From a virus: a stretch of 49,820 nucleotides of DNA. The position numbers and the translations under genes are program-made. A model generated the notes under the pieces. The model did no database searches. It was not told the DNA's origin and saw only the letters and a program-made list of their open reading frames with translations. Of this stretch, positions 9,601 to 18,016 are shown one piece after another; positions within the stretch are counted from its first letter, which is position 1, and every line of letters starts with the position of its first letter. Location: the IMG/VR virus record IMGVR_UViG_3300045988_111757, positions 1-49,820 of that record. The stretch is one strand, 5' to 3'.

Positions 9601-11456
9601 GTTTTTAATATTTTAAATACCGCTACCAAACCGAGCAAATAAGGAATAGCCTTTGTAAGTGTCTTTGCACTATTTTTGAAAAGATTTGCAACCTTTTCAA
9701 TAGCAGGGAATTTAATTCCGAAAGCTTCAGCAAATGCTTGACTTAATTGCCTTGCAATGTTCGGTAATTCAGCAACAATAACCTTGATTATATTAGGTGT
9801 TGCTACTATAAGCCCTTTAACTAATGATGTTGCCGCTCTTAATAACGGCGGTAATAATTCATCAACAAGTTTTGGAAATTCCTTTTCGATAATCGGTGCT
9901 AATTCTTCAATCAATTTGCCTATTCCTGTTAATGATTTGATAATTGCAGGCTTAATATTCTTCACAAATATTTTTGTAGTGTCTATAAGATTATCAACAC
10001 ATTGGTCGAAAGCGTCACCGCCTTGTATCAATGCAGGCATAAGATTGCCCCACGCCGATTTCATAGAGTTTAACGAGCCTTGTATGGTGTGTTCCGCTTC
10101 TTTTTGCGTTGTACCATAAATGCCTGTTTCCTTTTGCACGGCGTGAATTGCTTTAACGATATTACCGTATGACAAACTGTTGCCGTCGATACTCTTATCA
10201 AGTTTTGAAGCGTCTTTTACAAGGCGTTGCATTTCGGTTTTTGTACCGCCGTAACCTAACTTTAAGTTATCAAGCATTGTGTAATTCTGCTTTGCAAAAC
10301 CTTGATAAGCCCATTGAATACTGCTCATATCAGTACCCATTTTGTTAGCGTTATCTGCCATATCCGATACGGCTACATCTGCAAGCTTCGCCGCTTTTTT
10401 GGTGTCGTTGCCTGTACTCTGCAACAAACTTGCCGCAAAGCCTGTTACGGTTTCCATATAGTCATTAGCGGAAAGTCCTGCCGTTTTAAATGCGTTGTTC
10501 GCATTTTTAACAACAATCTTTTGACTTTCGTTTAACTTCTTATATTCACCTTTTACCTTGCCAACCGATTTACCTGTTAGCTTTGCATACTCTTGAACGC
10601 TTTTCGCACCTTTAGCACCTAACAGCGTTTCAACACCGCCGATAAGTTGCTCATAGTCTGCATAAGCTGTTACCGAGTTAGCGGTAAGTCCACCTATTGC
10701 AGTTGCACAAGCGGCGATACCGCCTGTTATAGCTTTAAGGCTTATACCTGCTATCTTTTTAAGACCTCTAAACGCCACTCCTGCGGCTTTTTTGCCGATT
10801 GTAGATAGTTTGTTTGATACGCCTTGTAAACTGTTTTTCAGCTTCGCCATACTTGTATCGTCAATGCTTTTTAGCTTTGTTTTAAATTTGGTAGAGCCAC
10901 GAACACCGTTAGCCATACTCTTTTTTAATCTTTCAAAGCCCGATAATGTTTTTGAAACACCAACTTTGCCGATATTCTTAATAGCGTTTTTAAAGCCTTT
11001 TGCACCTTTTTCACCGTCTGTTAATGTATCTTTTACTTTGCTGATGTTTGATTTAAGCTTGCTTAATTTCTCTTTTTGCAGTCGTTTAAACTCTGCTCTT
11101 GTTTTGCCTGCCGACATTTGAAGTGCTAACACTTTTTTATCAAGTGTTTTAATAGGGTGGGAAGTAATACCTTTAATTGATTTTTTTAAGGAATTAACTT
11201 TATCCTTTGCAACATCAATAGCCGCTCCGCCCATTTCAATATCTTTTTTAAGCTTGCTTATGCCTTTTTCTTTGCCAAGAGCCGATATTGATTTTTTTGT
11301 ACTGTCCGCACTTTTTTTAAGCTTACTTAAACCGCCGTCAACATCATTGCTAACAGACTTTTTAAGCTTATCCATTCCGTCATTGATTTTATTAAGAGTT
11401 CCTAAATCCGATTTAAAGCCTATTTCAATAACATCTTGACGGATAACATTTGCCAT
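6693..11456 (-). CDS. Tail tape measure protein with C-terminal lytic transglycosylase (SLT) domain
   Basis: 1587 aa with a coiled-coil N-terminus, Gly/Ala-rich TM-like segments and three GG-x-x-QWF-x-G-E-x-D-x-S repeats (about 8100-8660). The SLT motif is [38 protein letters not shown] (about 7150-7330). Confidence 0.9.
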   Translation of the reverse strand: [1587 protein letters not shown]

Positions 11457-11484
11457 TGTATACCTCCTTTCTTACAGGAAGTAA

Positions 11485-11510
11485 AAAGCACCCTAATAAA
11501 AGGGTGCTTT
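11485..11510. other. 10-bp hairpin between the chaperone and tape measure genes
   Basis: AAAGCACCCT (11485-11494) pairs with AGGGTGCTTT (11501-11510). The T-run is better on the plus strand (ATTTTTT) than on the coding minus strand. Confidence 0.4.
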
Positions 11511-11952
11511 ATTTTTTGCTATTTGATTTTTTTATTTGTTCGTTTACTATATCAAGGGCTATATTAGCCTTTAAAACTTGTTGCGGTGTCATTTGATTAA
11601 AAACGGTATTGTAATCAAAGTTTGCAATATCACAATATATTAAACGCCAATAGTCCCACTCATTCAGCACCTCTTTTTTTAACTTTGCCTTTGATTTATT
11701 TTCAAACTCACCAAATAATACGCTTCGTCCAAATTCAAAGACTTCGTTATAAGCTTGCAAATCGTCAAAATCGTCTACTGTTACTTTCGGGTTTATTATT
11801 ATTTCGCCGAAAACAACGGTTGATAATTTTTCGTTGGAATAGTGTTTTTTATCTTGTAATAGGCACTCTTTTATCCGCTGTGTAGTATAGCTGTAACCTC
11901 TGTACACGGCGGTATATTCAACACCGTTTATAACCTTTTTTATAGTTTCCAT
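11509..11952 (-). CDS. Tail assembly chaperone-like protein, paralog 2
   Basis: 147 aa, directly upstream of the tape measure gene. It shares the pattern G-x-x-Y-x-A...NPKVTVDDFDDLQAYNEVFEFGRSVLFGEF with 11974..12267. No SD precedes its ATG. Confidence 0.55.
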   Translation of the reverse strand: METIKKVINGVEYTAVYRGYSYTTQRIKECLLQDKKHYSNEKLSTVVFGEIIINPKVTVDDFDDLQAYNEVFEFGRSVLFGEFENKSKAKLKKEVLNEWDYWRLIYCDIANFDYNTVFNQMTPQQVLKANIALDIVNEQIKKSNSKK

Positions 11953-11973
11953 ATCAAATAAAAATACTATAAA

Positions 11974-12267
11974 TTAGTTTTTCTTGCCCTTTTCGGCAGG
12001 CTTTAATTCGCCTTGCATAACATTACGAGCAAATTCAATAACCTCGTTAAGTTCGTCCATACTGTCGAAATTGTCAACGGTAAGTCCTTTCGGCTCAACA
12101 ATGACATTATCAAAAAGGAACTGTGCCATTTTTTCGACGCTTGTGTTGTTTGAATTCTCAATATAGCTTTCGTCAACTGCTCTTAATGCAACTGATAAGC
12201 CATTAAACTGTGCCTTATAGTCATTTCCTTTGATTGTTTTTTCAACTGTATAAAACTTTGTTGCCAT
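11974..12267 (-). CDS. Tail assembly chaperone-like protein, paralog 1
   Basis: ATG 12267 has a GGAGGG RBS (the track TTG start at 12282 overlaps that RBS). Contains EPKGLTVDNFDSMDELNEVIEFARNVMQGEL. Confidence 0.55.
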   Translation of the reverse strand: MATKFYTVEKTIKGNDYKAQFNGLSVALRAVDESYIENSNNTSVEKMAQFLFDNVIVEPKGLTVDNFDSMDELNEVIEFARNVMQGELKPAEKGKKN

Positions 12268-12295
12268 TTTATAACCCTCCAAAATAGATTTTAAT

Positions 12296-12327
12296 AATAT
12301 AAATAAGGTGGCAATTTATGCCACCTT
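12296..12327 (-). terminator. Hairpin / partial terminator after the tail tube gene
   Basis: Stem AAGGTGGCA/TGCCACCTT (12305-12313 with 12319-12327), followed on the minus strand by an A/U-rich tract. Confidence 0.45.
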
Positions 12328-12337
12328 TTAGTTGTAA

Positions 12338-12733
12338 TTACGCTGCTGCTTCACAAACATAATCAAATACGCCGAATTCAAATTCCATATCTTCGGCTTC
12401 TGCACCTCTTGTAATTTCAGGTGCTTTTTTAAGCAATGCCTTTGTACCGCCCATACGCTCACCGAGTACCTTATTTGTTACCCAAAGAGGAAATGGGTCT
12501 CTTATCTTTGCAAGGTCAAGAAGAAAGCCCTTTTGTGGACTTGTAGGCTGTACGGTAATAGTAATAGTGCCGAGTGGGTCGTTTTTCATACTGATACAAA
12601 CATCACCCTGTGCACCTACGGAAGTTTCGTAATTATCCTCGTCCTTTTCGCCTGTTACCATATCTTCGCCAAGACCTGTAATATACACGCCATTAACCAT
12701 AATGGTACAATCTTTTGCGTCATAAGTTGTCAT
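12338..12733 (-). CDS. Tail tube protein (DUF3277-like)
   Basis: 131 aa immediately after the sheath-like gene, with a GGAGGG RBS. The pattern KDCTIMVNGVYITGLGEDMV...ITITVQPTSP is typical of this small tube family. Confidence 0.55.
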   Translation of the reverse strand: MTTYDAKDCTIMVNGVYITGLGEDMVTGEKDEDNYETSVGAQGDVCISMKNDPLGTITITVQPTSPQKGFLLDLAKIRDPFPLWVTNKVLGERMGGTKALLKKAPEITRGAEAEDMEFEFGVFDYVCEAAA

Positions 12734-12746
12734 TTGTTAGCCCTCC

Positions 12747-13772
12747 TTATACATACTTAACTGTGCCGTTAATCTTTGCGTAATGAATTGCACCTGCAAG
12801 TACAAATCCAAATGAGCCACCGACATATTTTCTTGCCTGAATATCCTCTGCCTTTGCGTCCTCACGCAAACCGTAATTAACGCTATATGCAGGGCTACCG
12901 TCCTCATTATCTGCAATCATACCATTGTCGTATGCTTCTTTGAGTACATTAACGGCAACACTTTCAAGCATTGCAATACCGTTGTTTGTGTACGGCACTT
13001 TCTTTTGATTGTTAAAGGTTTTCTGTGTTTGGTATTCAATCTGCTGAATAACCCAATCCATACTATCAACAACATCAATAAACTCACCGATAAATGTTTT
13101 ACCGTCCGATACAACGGTATCGCCTGCCTTTTCAAGAACGGCAAGGATATTCGGCTGTGTTTTGATAAGTGTTTTATAGGTATCGTTACTCATTGTAACG
13201 CCACCGTTTACAATCATATTCTTGTATGTAAAGCTACCAACATCAAGTCCACATACTGCACCAAGAATAGCACCGATATTTGTTGTTGCTCCGTCTGTAT
13301 CGTCTGTACCGTTTGCACCACATACTACAACAAGTCTGTCATTTGTTGTATCGTTGTATGAAGTAGGTAAGAGAGTAATAGGAAGAAATAACATTTTGTC
13401 AGCGGTTGTCTTAATGTAGTCGATAGCGTCCTGTGACTTTGTATTGTCGTCGATTACATCAAGAAGTACAAGCTGTCGCCAACCGTTTTCCTCAACTGCC
13501 TTAATTGCTGTAACAAGGTTTGCTGTTGTTGTATCAGCGGCTACACCCAAGCAAGCAATTTTTTCAGGTGGATTTTCGCCTGCCTGTAATGTTGATACAA
13601 AGGCATTAAGTGCTGTTTCACCTGTGTAAGTGTCGGCAACTTCGCTTAATTCGATTTCAGCATATTTTTGATTACCTGATGTTGCTGTTTCAAAAACAAC
13701 AAGAGGAAAGCCAAAACCTAATTTGCCGACTACTTTCTGTAAATCAATAGTGACATTTACATCCTTAATCAT
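12747..13772 (-). CDS. Tail sheath-like major tail protein (DUF3383-like)
   Basis: 341 aa, paired with the tube-like gene and followed by chaperones and the tape measure. AAAGGAG RBS. Confidence 0.55.
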   Translation of the reverse strand: MIKDVNVTIDLQKVVGKLGFGFPLVVFETATSGNQKYAEIELSEVADTYTGETALNAFVSTLQAGENPPEKIACLGVAADTTTANLVTAIKAVEENGWRQLVLLDVIDDNTKSQDAIDYIKTTADKMLFLPITLLPTSYNDTTNDRLVVVCGANGTDDTDGATTNIGAILGAVCGLDVGSFTYKNMIVNGGVTMSNDTYKTLIKTQPNILAVLEKAGDTVVSDGKTFIGEFIDVVDSMDWVIQQIEYQTQKTFNNQKKVPYTNNGIAMLESVAVNVLKEAYDNGMIADNEDGSPAYSVNYGLREDAKAEDIQARKYVGGSFGFVLAGAIHYAKINGTVKYV

Positions 13773-13786
13773 TTCATAACTCCTTT

Positions 13787-14371
13787 TTAAATTATTTCAA
13801 GTATTGTTAATTCAATAAACCGCTGTCGTCTATCATTTTTTTCGATTTCAGCTATTTGCTTTTCATCATCAACAATAGGCACGCTTTCACCGTTATAGTT
13901 TAGTTCTACCGTTTCAACAATTCCTGATTTGTTTATATTGTTTTCTGTTTCATCAAACAGATAAAAGACAACATCAAAGCCGTTTTTGTACTCATACTCA
14001 ACGGTCAAAATGTTATCCCTGTTAGTTACATTTGTGACGGACTGAACGGTTACGCCGTTGTCTTTCAAATACACCCTACCTGCATAGTCAAGCCATTCCC
14101 TCGCTTTAAGTGCAAGGTTTACGCTTTCGCTTTCATTGTTAGATTGTGCTGTAATGCTCCAAGTCTGCTTTAATTGCTTTCGGGTAGTTCCGTCTGTGTA
14201 TTCCTCATAAGTGCCATTATTCACACTTGCAAGCGTTGTAATCGTATAAGAAACATACGGATAGGCAGGCGGTTCGGCATTTTGATTTGTTCGTATGACT
14301 TCGCACCCTAAATATTCCTTTAGACCGCTAACAACGACTTGTTTTAATTTGTCAACATCAATCAAATGCAC
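13787..14371 (-). CDS. Neck / tail terminator-like structural protein
   Basis: 194 aa, between the head-tail joining genes and the sheath. The start is ambiguous (GTG 14371 or TTG 14365). Confidence 0.4.
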   Translation of the reverse strand: MHLIDVDKLKQVVVSGLKEYLGCEVIRTNQNAEPPAYPYVSYTITTLASVNNGTYEEYTDGTTRKQLKQTWSITAQSNNESESVNLALKAREWLDYAGRVYLKDNGVTVQSVTNVTNRDNILTVEYEYKNGFDVVFYLFDETENNINKSGIVETVELNYNGESVPIVDDEKQIAEIEKNDRRQRFIELTILEII

Positions 14372-14714
14372 TCACCCACCTTAAAACATAAGCGTAAACG
14401 CCTGTAAACATAGCGTTTTCGGTTGCTTCTTCTATCCTGTATTCGTTGCCGTTATCAATAACAGTTGCACCAATCAAGGCACTTTTAAGGGGTTGCAACA
14501 TAAATAATCTTTTATCTTGCGTTTTGAGCGTTCCCTCTGCCCTGTATACCTTGCTTTCTTTGAAATTGATAATTGCACCTGTCAAGGTTTCTTTTACAAC
14601 CTCACCGCTTATATAATCGCCTTTATCGTCATATCCTCCGCCACTTGTTTTGTAAGTGGCGGTAAACTCACGGCTGTATTTTTTGATTAGGCGTTCAAAA
14701 TTGTAATATTGCAT
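14358..14714 (-). CDS. Head-tail joining protein (head closure-like)
   Basis: 118 aa with a GGGGGGAT RBS. Called from its position in the connector cluster. Confidence 0.4.
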   Translation of the reverse strand: MQYYNFERLIKKYSREFTATYKTSGGGYDDKGDYISGEVVKETLTGAIINFKESKVYRAEGTLKTQDKRLFMLQPLKSALIGATVIDNGNEYRIEEATENAMFTGVYAYVLRWVSAFD

Positions 14715-15220
14715 TATAATTTATCCCCCCAAGTTATACTCTCAATAAGCTGTCCTGTATTAACAAGAGGGTTGCTACTGCCTTTTTGCTCTACCGTGAA
14801 TGGGTGGTTAGCAGGGCTTGACAAGTCACGCATATATGTCTTGATATGCGTTGCCATTTGCTCACCTACCAAGTCAATAAACTGCTGTTCGGTCATTTTA
14901 CCGCTTATCACTTGCCCTATGGCTTTTTCGGTAATGTCAAGCACCTTATCAATATACTTATCGTGTCCGCTCCTCAAAAAAGAGCGTTCAGGAATTTTTA
15001 TTGTTGTAGTGTCTGCTTTAAGGTGTAACCCTTGACTATGTAGGTAAGCCCTCATTTTAGGCGTTACCTTTATCGTACAGCCGTATTCGTGTATTGCGGC
15101 AAGCCACGCATTAGCCGAATTTGCACCAACTTGTACCGATTTACCGTTAATGCCGTCAATTTGACTTTTCACTTTTGGGAAATCGTCTTTTGTTGTTTTC
15201 CACTTAACGCCCATACACAA
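14714..15220 (-). CDS. HK97 gp10-like tail completion / neck protein
   Basis: The pattern AAIHEYGCTIKVTPKMRAYL...IPERSFLRSGHD resembles the HK97 gp10 family. The start is either TTG 15220 or ATG 15214. Confidence 0.5.
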   Translation of the reverse strand: MCMGVKWKTTKDDFPKVKSQIDGINGKSVQVGANSANAWLAAIHEYGCTIKVTPKMRAYLHSQGLHLKADTTTIKIPERSFLRSGHDKYIDKVLDITEKAIGQVISGKMTEQQFIDLVGEQMATHIKTYMRDLSSPANHPFTVEQKGSSNPLVNTGQLIESITWGDKL

Positions 15221-15574
15221 TTACCGCCATTTCTTTTTTGCACTGACAAACCTAACACGACTTTTTAAGTACGGATAGAGTAATTCCTCTGCAAATTGCC
15301 AAATCAAAGCAGATTTATCGGTGGTATCGAATGATTGAGATAAACCTTCAATGCTTTCACTTGATACACCTGCACTAATATTATTAACATCAAAAAATTT
15401 TGTGACAAAAAGCCTTACACAAGACGGCAAGGCTTTCAAATCATCATCATTATTTATGTCAAATTCAAGTGTAGTATTGTGTTGCACCCATTCTAACGCA
15501 CTTTCGACAATAAGCAAGGCAGTATCATCAATCGTTATACCGAGTTTTAACAATTCTGCTTGTTCTTTTGTCAT
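15221..15574 (-). CDS. Head-tail connector protein (gp6-like)
   Basis: 117 aa directly after the major capsid gene, with an AGGTGA RBS. Confidence 0.5.
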   Translation of the reverse strand: MTKEQAELLKLGITIDDTALLIVESALEWVQHNTTLEFDINNDDDLKALPSCVRLFVTKFFDVNNISAGVSSESIEGLSQSFDTTDKSALIWQFAEELLYPYLKSRVRFVSAKKKWR

Positions 15575-15586
15575 TTAATCACCTGC

Positions 15587-16654
15587 TTATGCTACTTCAA
15601 GTGCGTAACATTCATTAGCACGCTCAAAAGACGGTAATACAATTTCCGACGCTGTGGTCTTTGTATTAACAGGGTCGTCCGTAATTGTTACGGCTACTGC
15701 AACACCTGTGTTTACAATAGACACGCTTGCGTCTGCTTTTGTTGCAAGTGTTCTTTCCTCAGGTGTAGTACCATACCAAGTGTTACCGAGTGTACCCGAC
15801 GGTAACATCATAATGATATTGTCAGGGTAAAATTTCTTTGCTGTGCCGCTTTCGTCCTTATACTGCTTGTTGTAAATAACGATTGAGATATTGAGTTCTT
15901 CCTCAATATACGCTTTTACCTTTGCAGTAGTGTAATTTACATTTGCGGTAGTATTCTGTGCAAGTACACCGCTCTGTACTTTCTTGCTGTTCTTGATAAG
16001 GTTAAATGTAGGCTTTGACATAAGAAGAACGGCAGGGCGATTACCTGTTGCCTGTTCTTGTGCGTCAAGTGCGTCCTCAATATCCTTAACGGGGTCGCAA
16101 GTATCAGCAGCAGACCACTTATTAGCGGCAGTAGTGATTTTCTTGTAGTGTTCTTTCTTCCACGAGCCGTCAGGGTCATAATTGTATGTATAATCAACGC
16201 CGTTTGCTTTGATAGCAATACCCATTGAGCCGTTGAGAGGTGCAAGCAACTGCATAATCATTCTTTCAGGAACAACATTAGCACCGTCAATAAGTGTCTG
16301 TGTATCGTTGAAAATATTGTTGAGTACCTGTGTTGCGTAAGGGTCGTTTGCGTCCTGTACTCGCATAATTTCCTGTTCGTCTGCTTCTTTTACAAGCATA
16401 CTTTCACGGAAAAATGCCATTTGTGTTTCATTGATTGAAATACCTACACGGTCACGGAATTTTGACTTTGCGTCAAATGCTGACGGTGCAAGAGATACAG
16501 GAAGTCCATTGTGTCCTTTTATCCATTTAAGGTCAAGACCTGCCTTTTTCTGTGCGGGGAAAAGACCTGCACCAAAATACGGAATAGCATTACTTGCTGC
16601 ATTAGTATAATTAAGAGCAATAGCGTCCGCATTAAATACTTCTGATAATCTCAT
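15587..16654 (-). CDS. Major capsid protein (lambda gpE-like family)
   Basis: 355 aa with a GGAGGC RBS. The N-terminus MRLSEVFNADAIALNYTNAASNAIPYFGAGLFPAQKK is typical of the Phage_cap_E family, and it follows the scaffold and decoration genes. Confidence 0.8.
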   Translation of the reverse strand: MRLSEVFNADAIALNYTNAASNAIPYFGAGLFPAQKKAGLDLKWIKGHNGLPVSLAPSAFDAKSKFRDRVGISINETQMAFFRESMLVKEADEQEIMRVQDANDPYATQVLNNIFNDTQTLIDGANVVPERMIMQLLAPLNGSMGIAIKANGVDYTYNYDPDGSWKKEHYKKITTAANKWSAADTCDPVKDIEDALDAQEQATGNRPAVLLMSKPTFNLIKNSKKVQSGVLAQNTTANVNYTTAKVKAYIEEELNISIVIYNKQYKDESGTAKKFYPDNIIMMLPSGTLGNTWYGTTPEERTLATKADASVSIVNTGVAVAVTITDDPVNTKTTASEIVLPSFERANECYALEVA

Positions 16655-16666
16655 TAGTTTGCCTCC

Positions 16667-16990
16667 TTAAATAAATGTAATTTGTTTAAGCACGGTTGTA
16701 GCACCTACTGTTGTAGTACCTTCCGAAGTGGTGTCTACTGTCGGTGCAACAGGCAATTTTGCCTTTTCAATAAATCCGTGAATAACAATAGTACCGTTTG
16801 AATTTTCTGCGGGGTACACATCATTAAGCAATACACCGATTGCTTTATCATCATTTGACGGAATGATAGTACCCGCTTTAATAACGCCGTTTGTTGCTGT
16901 GATTTTTGAACAATCATAAGGAATTGCAACATAATGGTCGTTAGCAAGAATAGTTACGCCCTGCGTAACATCTTTAGTAGTAAACTTCAT
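16667..16990 (-). CDS. Head decoration-like protein
   Basis: 107 aa between the scaffold and capsid genes, with a GGAGGT RBS. Called from position. Confidence 0.45.
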   Translation of the reverse strand: MKFTTKDVTQGVTILANDHYVAIPYDCSKITATNGVIKAGTIIPSNDDKAIGVLLNDVYPAENSNGTIVIHGFIEKAKLPVAPTVDTTSEGTTTVGATTVLKQITFI

Positions 16991-17730
16991 TACTTCTTAC
17001 CTCCAATATAATAATTTAAAATGTCATTTGACTTTTTCTGTTGCTCTGCTTTCGCTTTGCCAAGTTCAACGGCAACATTTGTGTTTTTATCATCAGCCGA
17101 GCCACCTTTTCCGCTTCCGTTTGGTGTTCTGCCGTTAGCCTTAAAAGTAGCGTCAACTTTTGCAGTAACAAATCTTTCAACAAGGCTTTTGAATGATTTT
17201 ACTTTTTCATCAATAGCGTTTTCGTCCTCGCCCATTACAAAGTCAATAAGTTCAAGGGATAAATCGCTGCCGTCGTCAAGGTCCGCTTCTTTAATTGCCT
17301 TAATAGCATACAGTCTATTTTCTCTTTCAAGTAAGGCTTGTTCCTTTTCTGTCAATGCTTTTTCTTTGTCAGCAATTTCAAGCTTTTTAATCTCGTCGGC
17401 AGTCAACTTTTCTTTCTTAAGATTATCAAGTGCTTTTTGTAATGTTGCGTTCTTTTTACCGAGGTCTGCCGTGATTTTGTCAACTCTTGATTGAATGAGT
17501 TTGTCAAGTGCTTCGGTTGATAATTGTGCATTTTGATTTTGTGCGTTATTATCGCCGTTGTCACCGTCACCGCTATCGCCTGCGTTGTTTCCATTGCTTC
17601 CGTCTGCACCGTCACCGTTGCCACTGTCATCACCACTTGACGCAAATAACTGTAAGTTGAGCGGTAAACCTCTGCCTGTGCGTACTGCTTCGTGCGTGCT
17701 GTTCGCAACTTCGATTTGTTCTGTTGTCAT
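16990..17730 (-). CDS. Capsid scaffolding protein
   Basis: LNLQLFA motif near the N-terminus, a Gly/Asp/Asn-rich acidic tract, then a long coiled coil. GGAGGA RBS. Confidence 0.75.
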   Translation of the reverse strand: MTTEQIEVANSTHEAVRTGRGLPLNLQLFASSGDDSGNGDGADGSNGNNAGDSGDGDNGDNNAQNQNAQLSTEALDKLIQSRVDKITADLGKKNATLQKALDNLKKEKLTADEIKKLEIADKEKALTEKEQALLERENRLYAIKAIKEADLDDGSDLSLELIDFVMGEDENAIDEKVKSFKSLVERFVTAKVDATFKANGRTPNGSGKGGSADDKNTNVAVELGKAKAEQQKKSNDILNYYIGGKK

Positions 17731-17791
17731 TGTTTTTCCTCCATATCCTTATAGAATAATGTTTTGCTTCCATATAGAAAGCTTTTGTATA

Positions 17792-17822
17792 TAAAAAAGA
17801 CACTCCATATAGAAGTGTCTTT
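17792..17822 (-). terminator. Intrinsic terminator 60 nt upstream of the scaffold start codon
   Basis: Minus-strand stem AAGACACT/AGTGTCTT (17814-17821 with 17797-17804), 9-nt loop, then TTTTTT (complement of 17793-17798). Confidence 0.65.
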
Positions 17823-17958
17823 TAAATTTGTATTTAATTAAGGGGGGGTGGGTAAGTTATTGAGTAAATGTGAGAAACCGTACATATTTGAAGGAGAATA
17901 CCCACCCCCCAAGTGGATAGGAAAGGTACTACCCACTGTGAGTTCACACTCTCACCTA
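17823..17958 (-). ncRNA. Structured G/C-clamped leader or small RNA of unknown class
   Basis: It sits between a consensus promoter and a terminator. Stems are GUGAG/CUCAC, GUGGGUAG/CUAUCCAC and the 12-bp GGGGGGUGGGUA/UACCCACCCCCC. No RBS-preceded ORF fits. Confidence 0.35.
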
Positions 17959-17964
17959 TATAAC

Positions 17965-17993
17965 ATTATACTAAAATAACTTTCATTTGTCAA
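17965..17993 (-). promoter_or_regulatory. Consensus sigma-A promoter (TTGACA-17-TATAAT)
   Basis: Minus strand: TTGACA at 17993-17988, a 17-nt spacer, TATAAT at 17970-17965. It lies 24 nt after the stop of 18017..18283. Confidence 0.6.
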
Positions 17994-18016
17994 TAATATT
18001 CTAAATATTCAATATT

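Noticed and set aside
7852-11439. Plus-strand ORFs inside the tape measure gene (7852..8289, 8725..8946, 9145..9411, 9757..10119, 10302..10535, 10792..11121, 11254..11439), and similar antisense ORFs throughout the window
   Set aside because: They are shadow ORFs opposite long, well-supported minus-strand genes. They have no RBS, give low-complexity translations and have no independent signals.
17842-17910. Relatedness between the G/C clamp of the capsid leader and the G/C-rich end of the integrase gene (both with G6-7 and C6 runs and GGGTGG words)
   Set aside because: The similarity is low-complexity and not collinear, and G6 runs also occur as ribosome-binding sites elsewhere (2799, 14725, 20136). 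There is no support for a shared recombination site.
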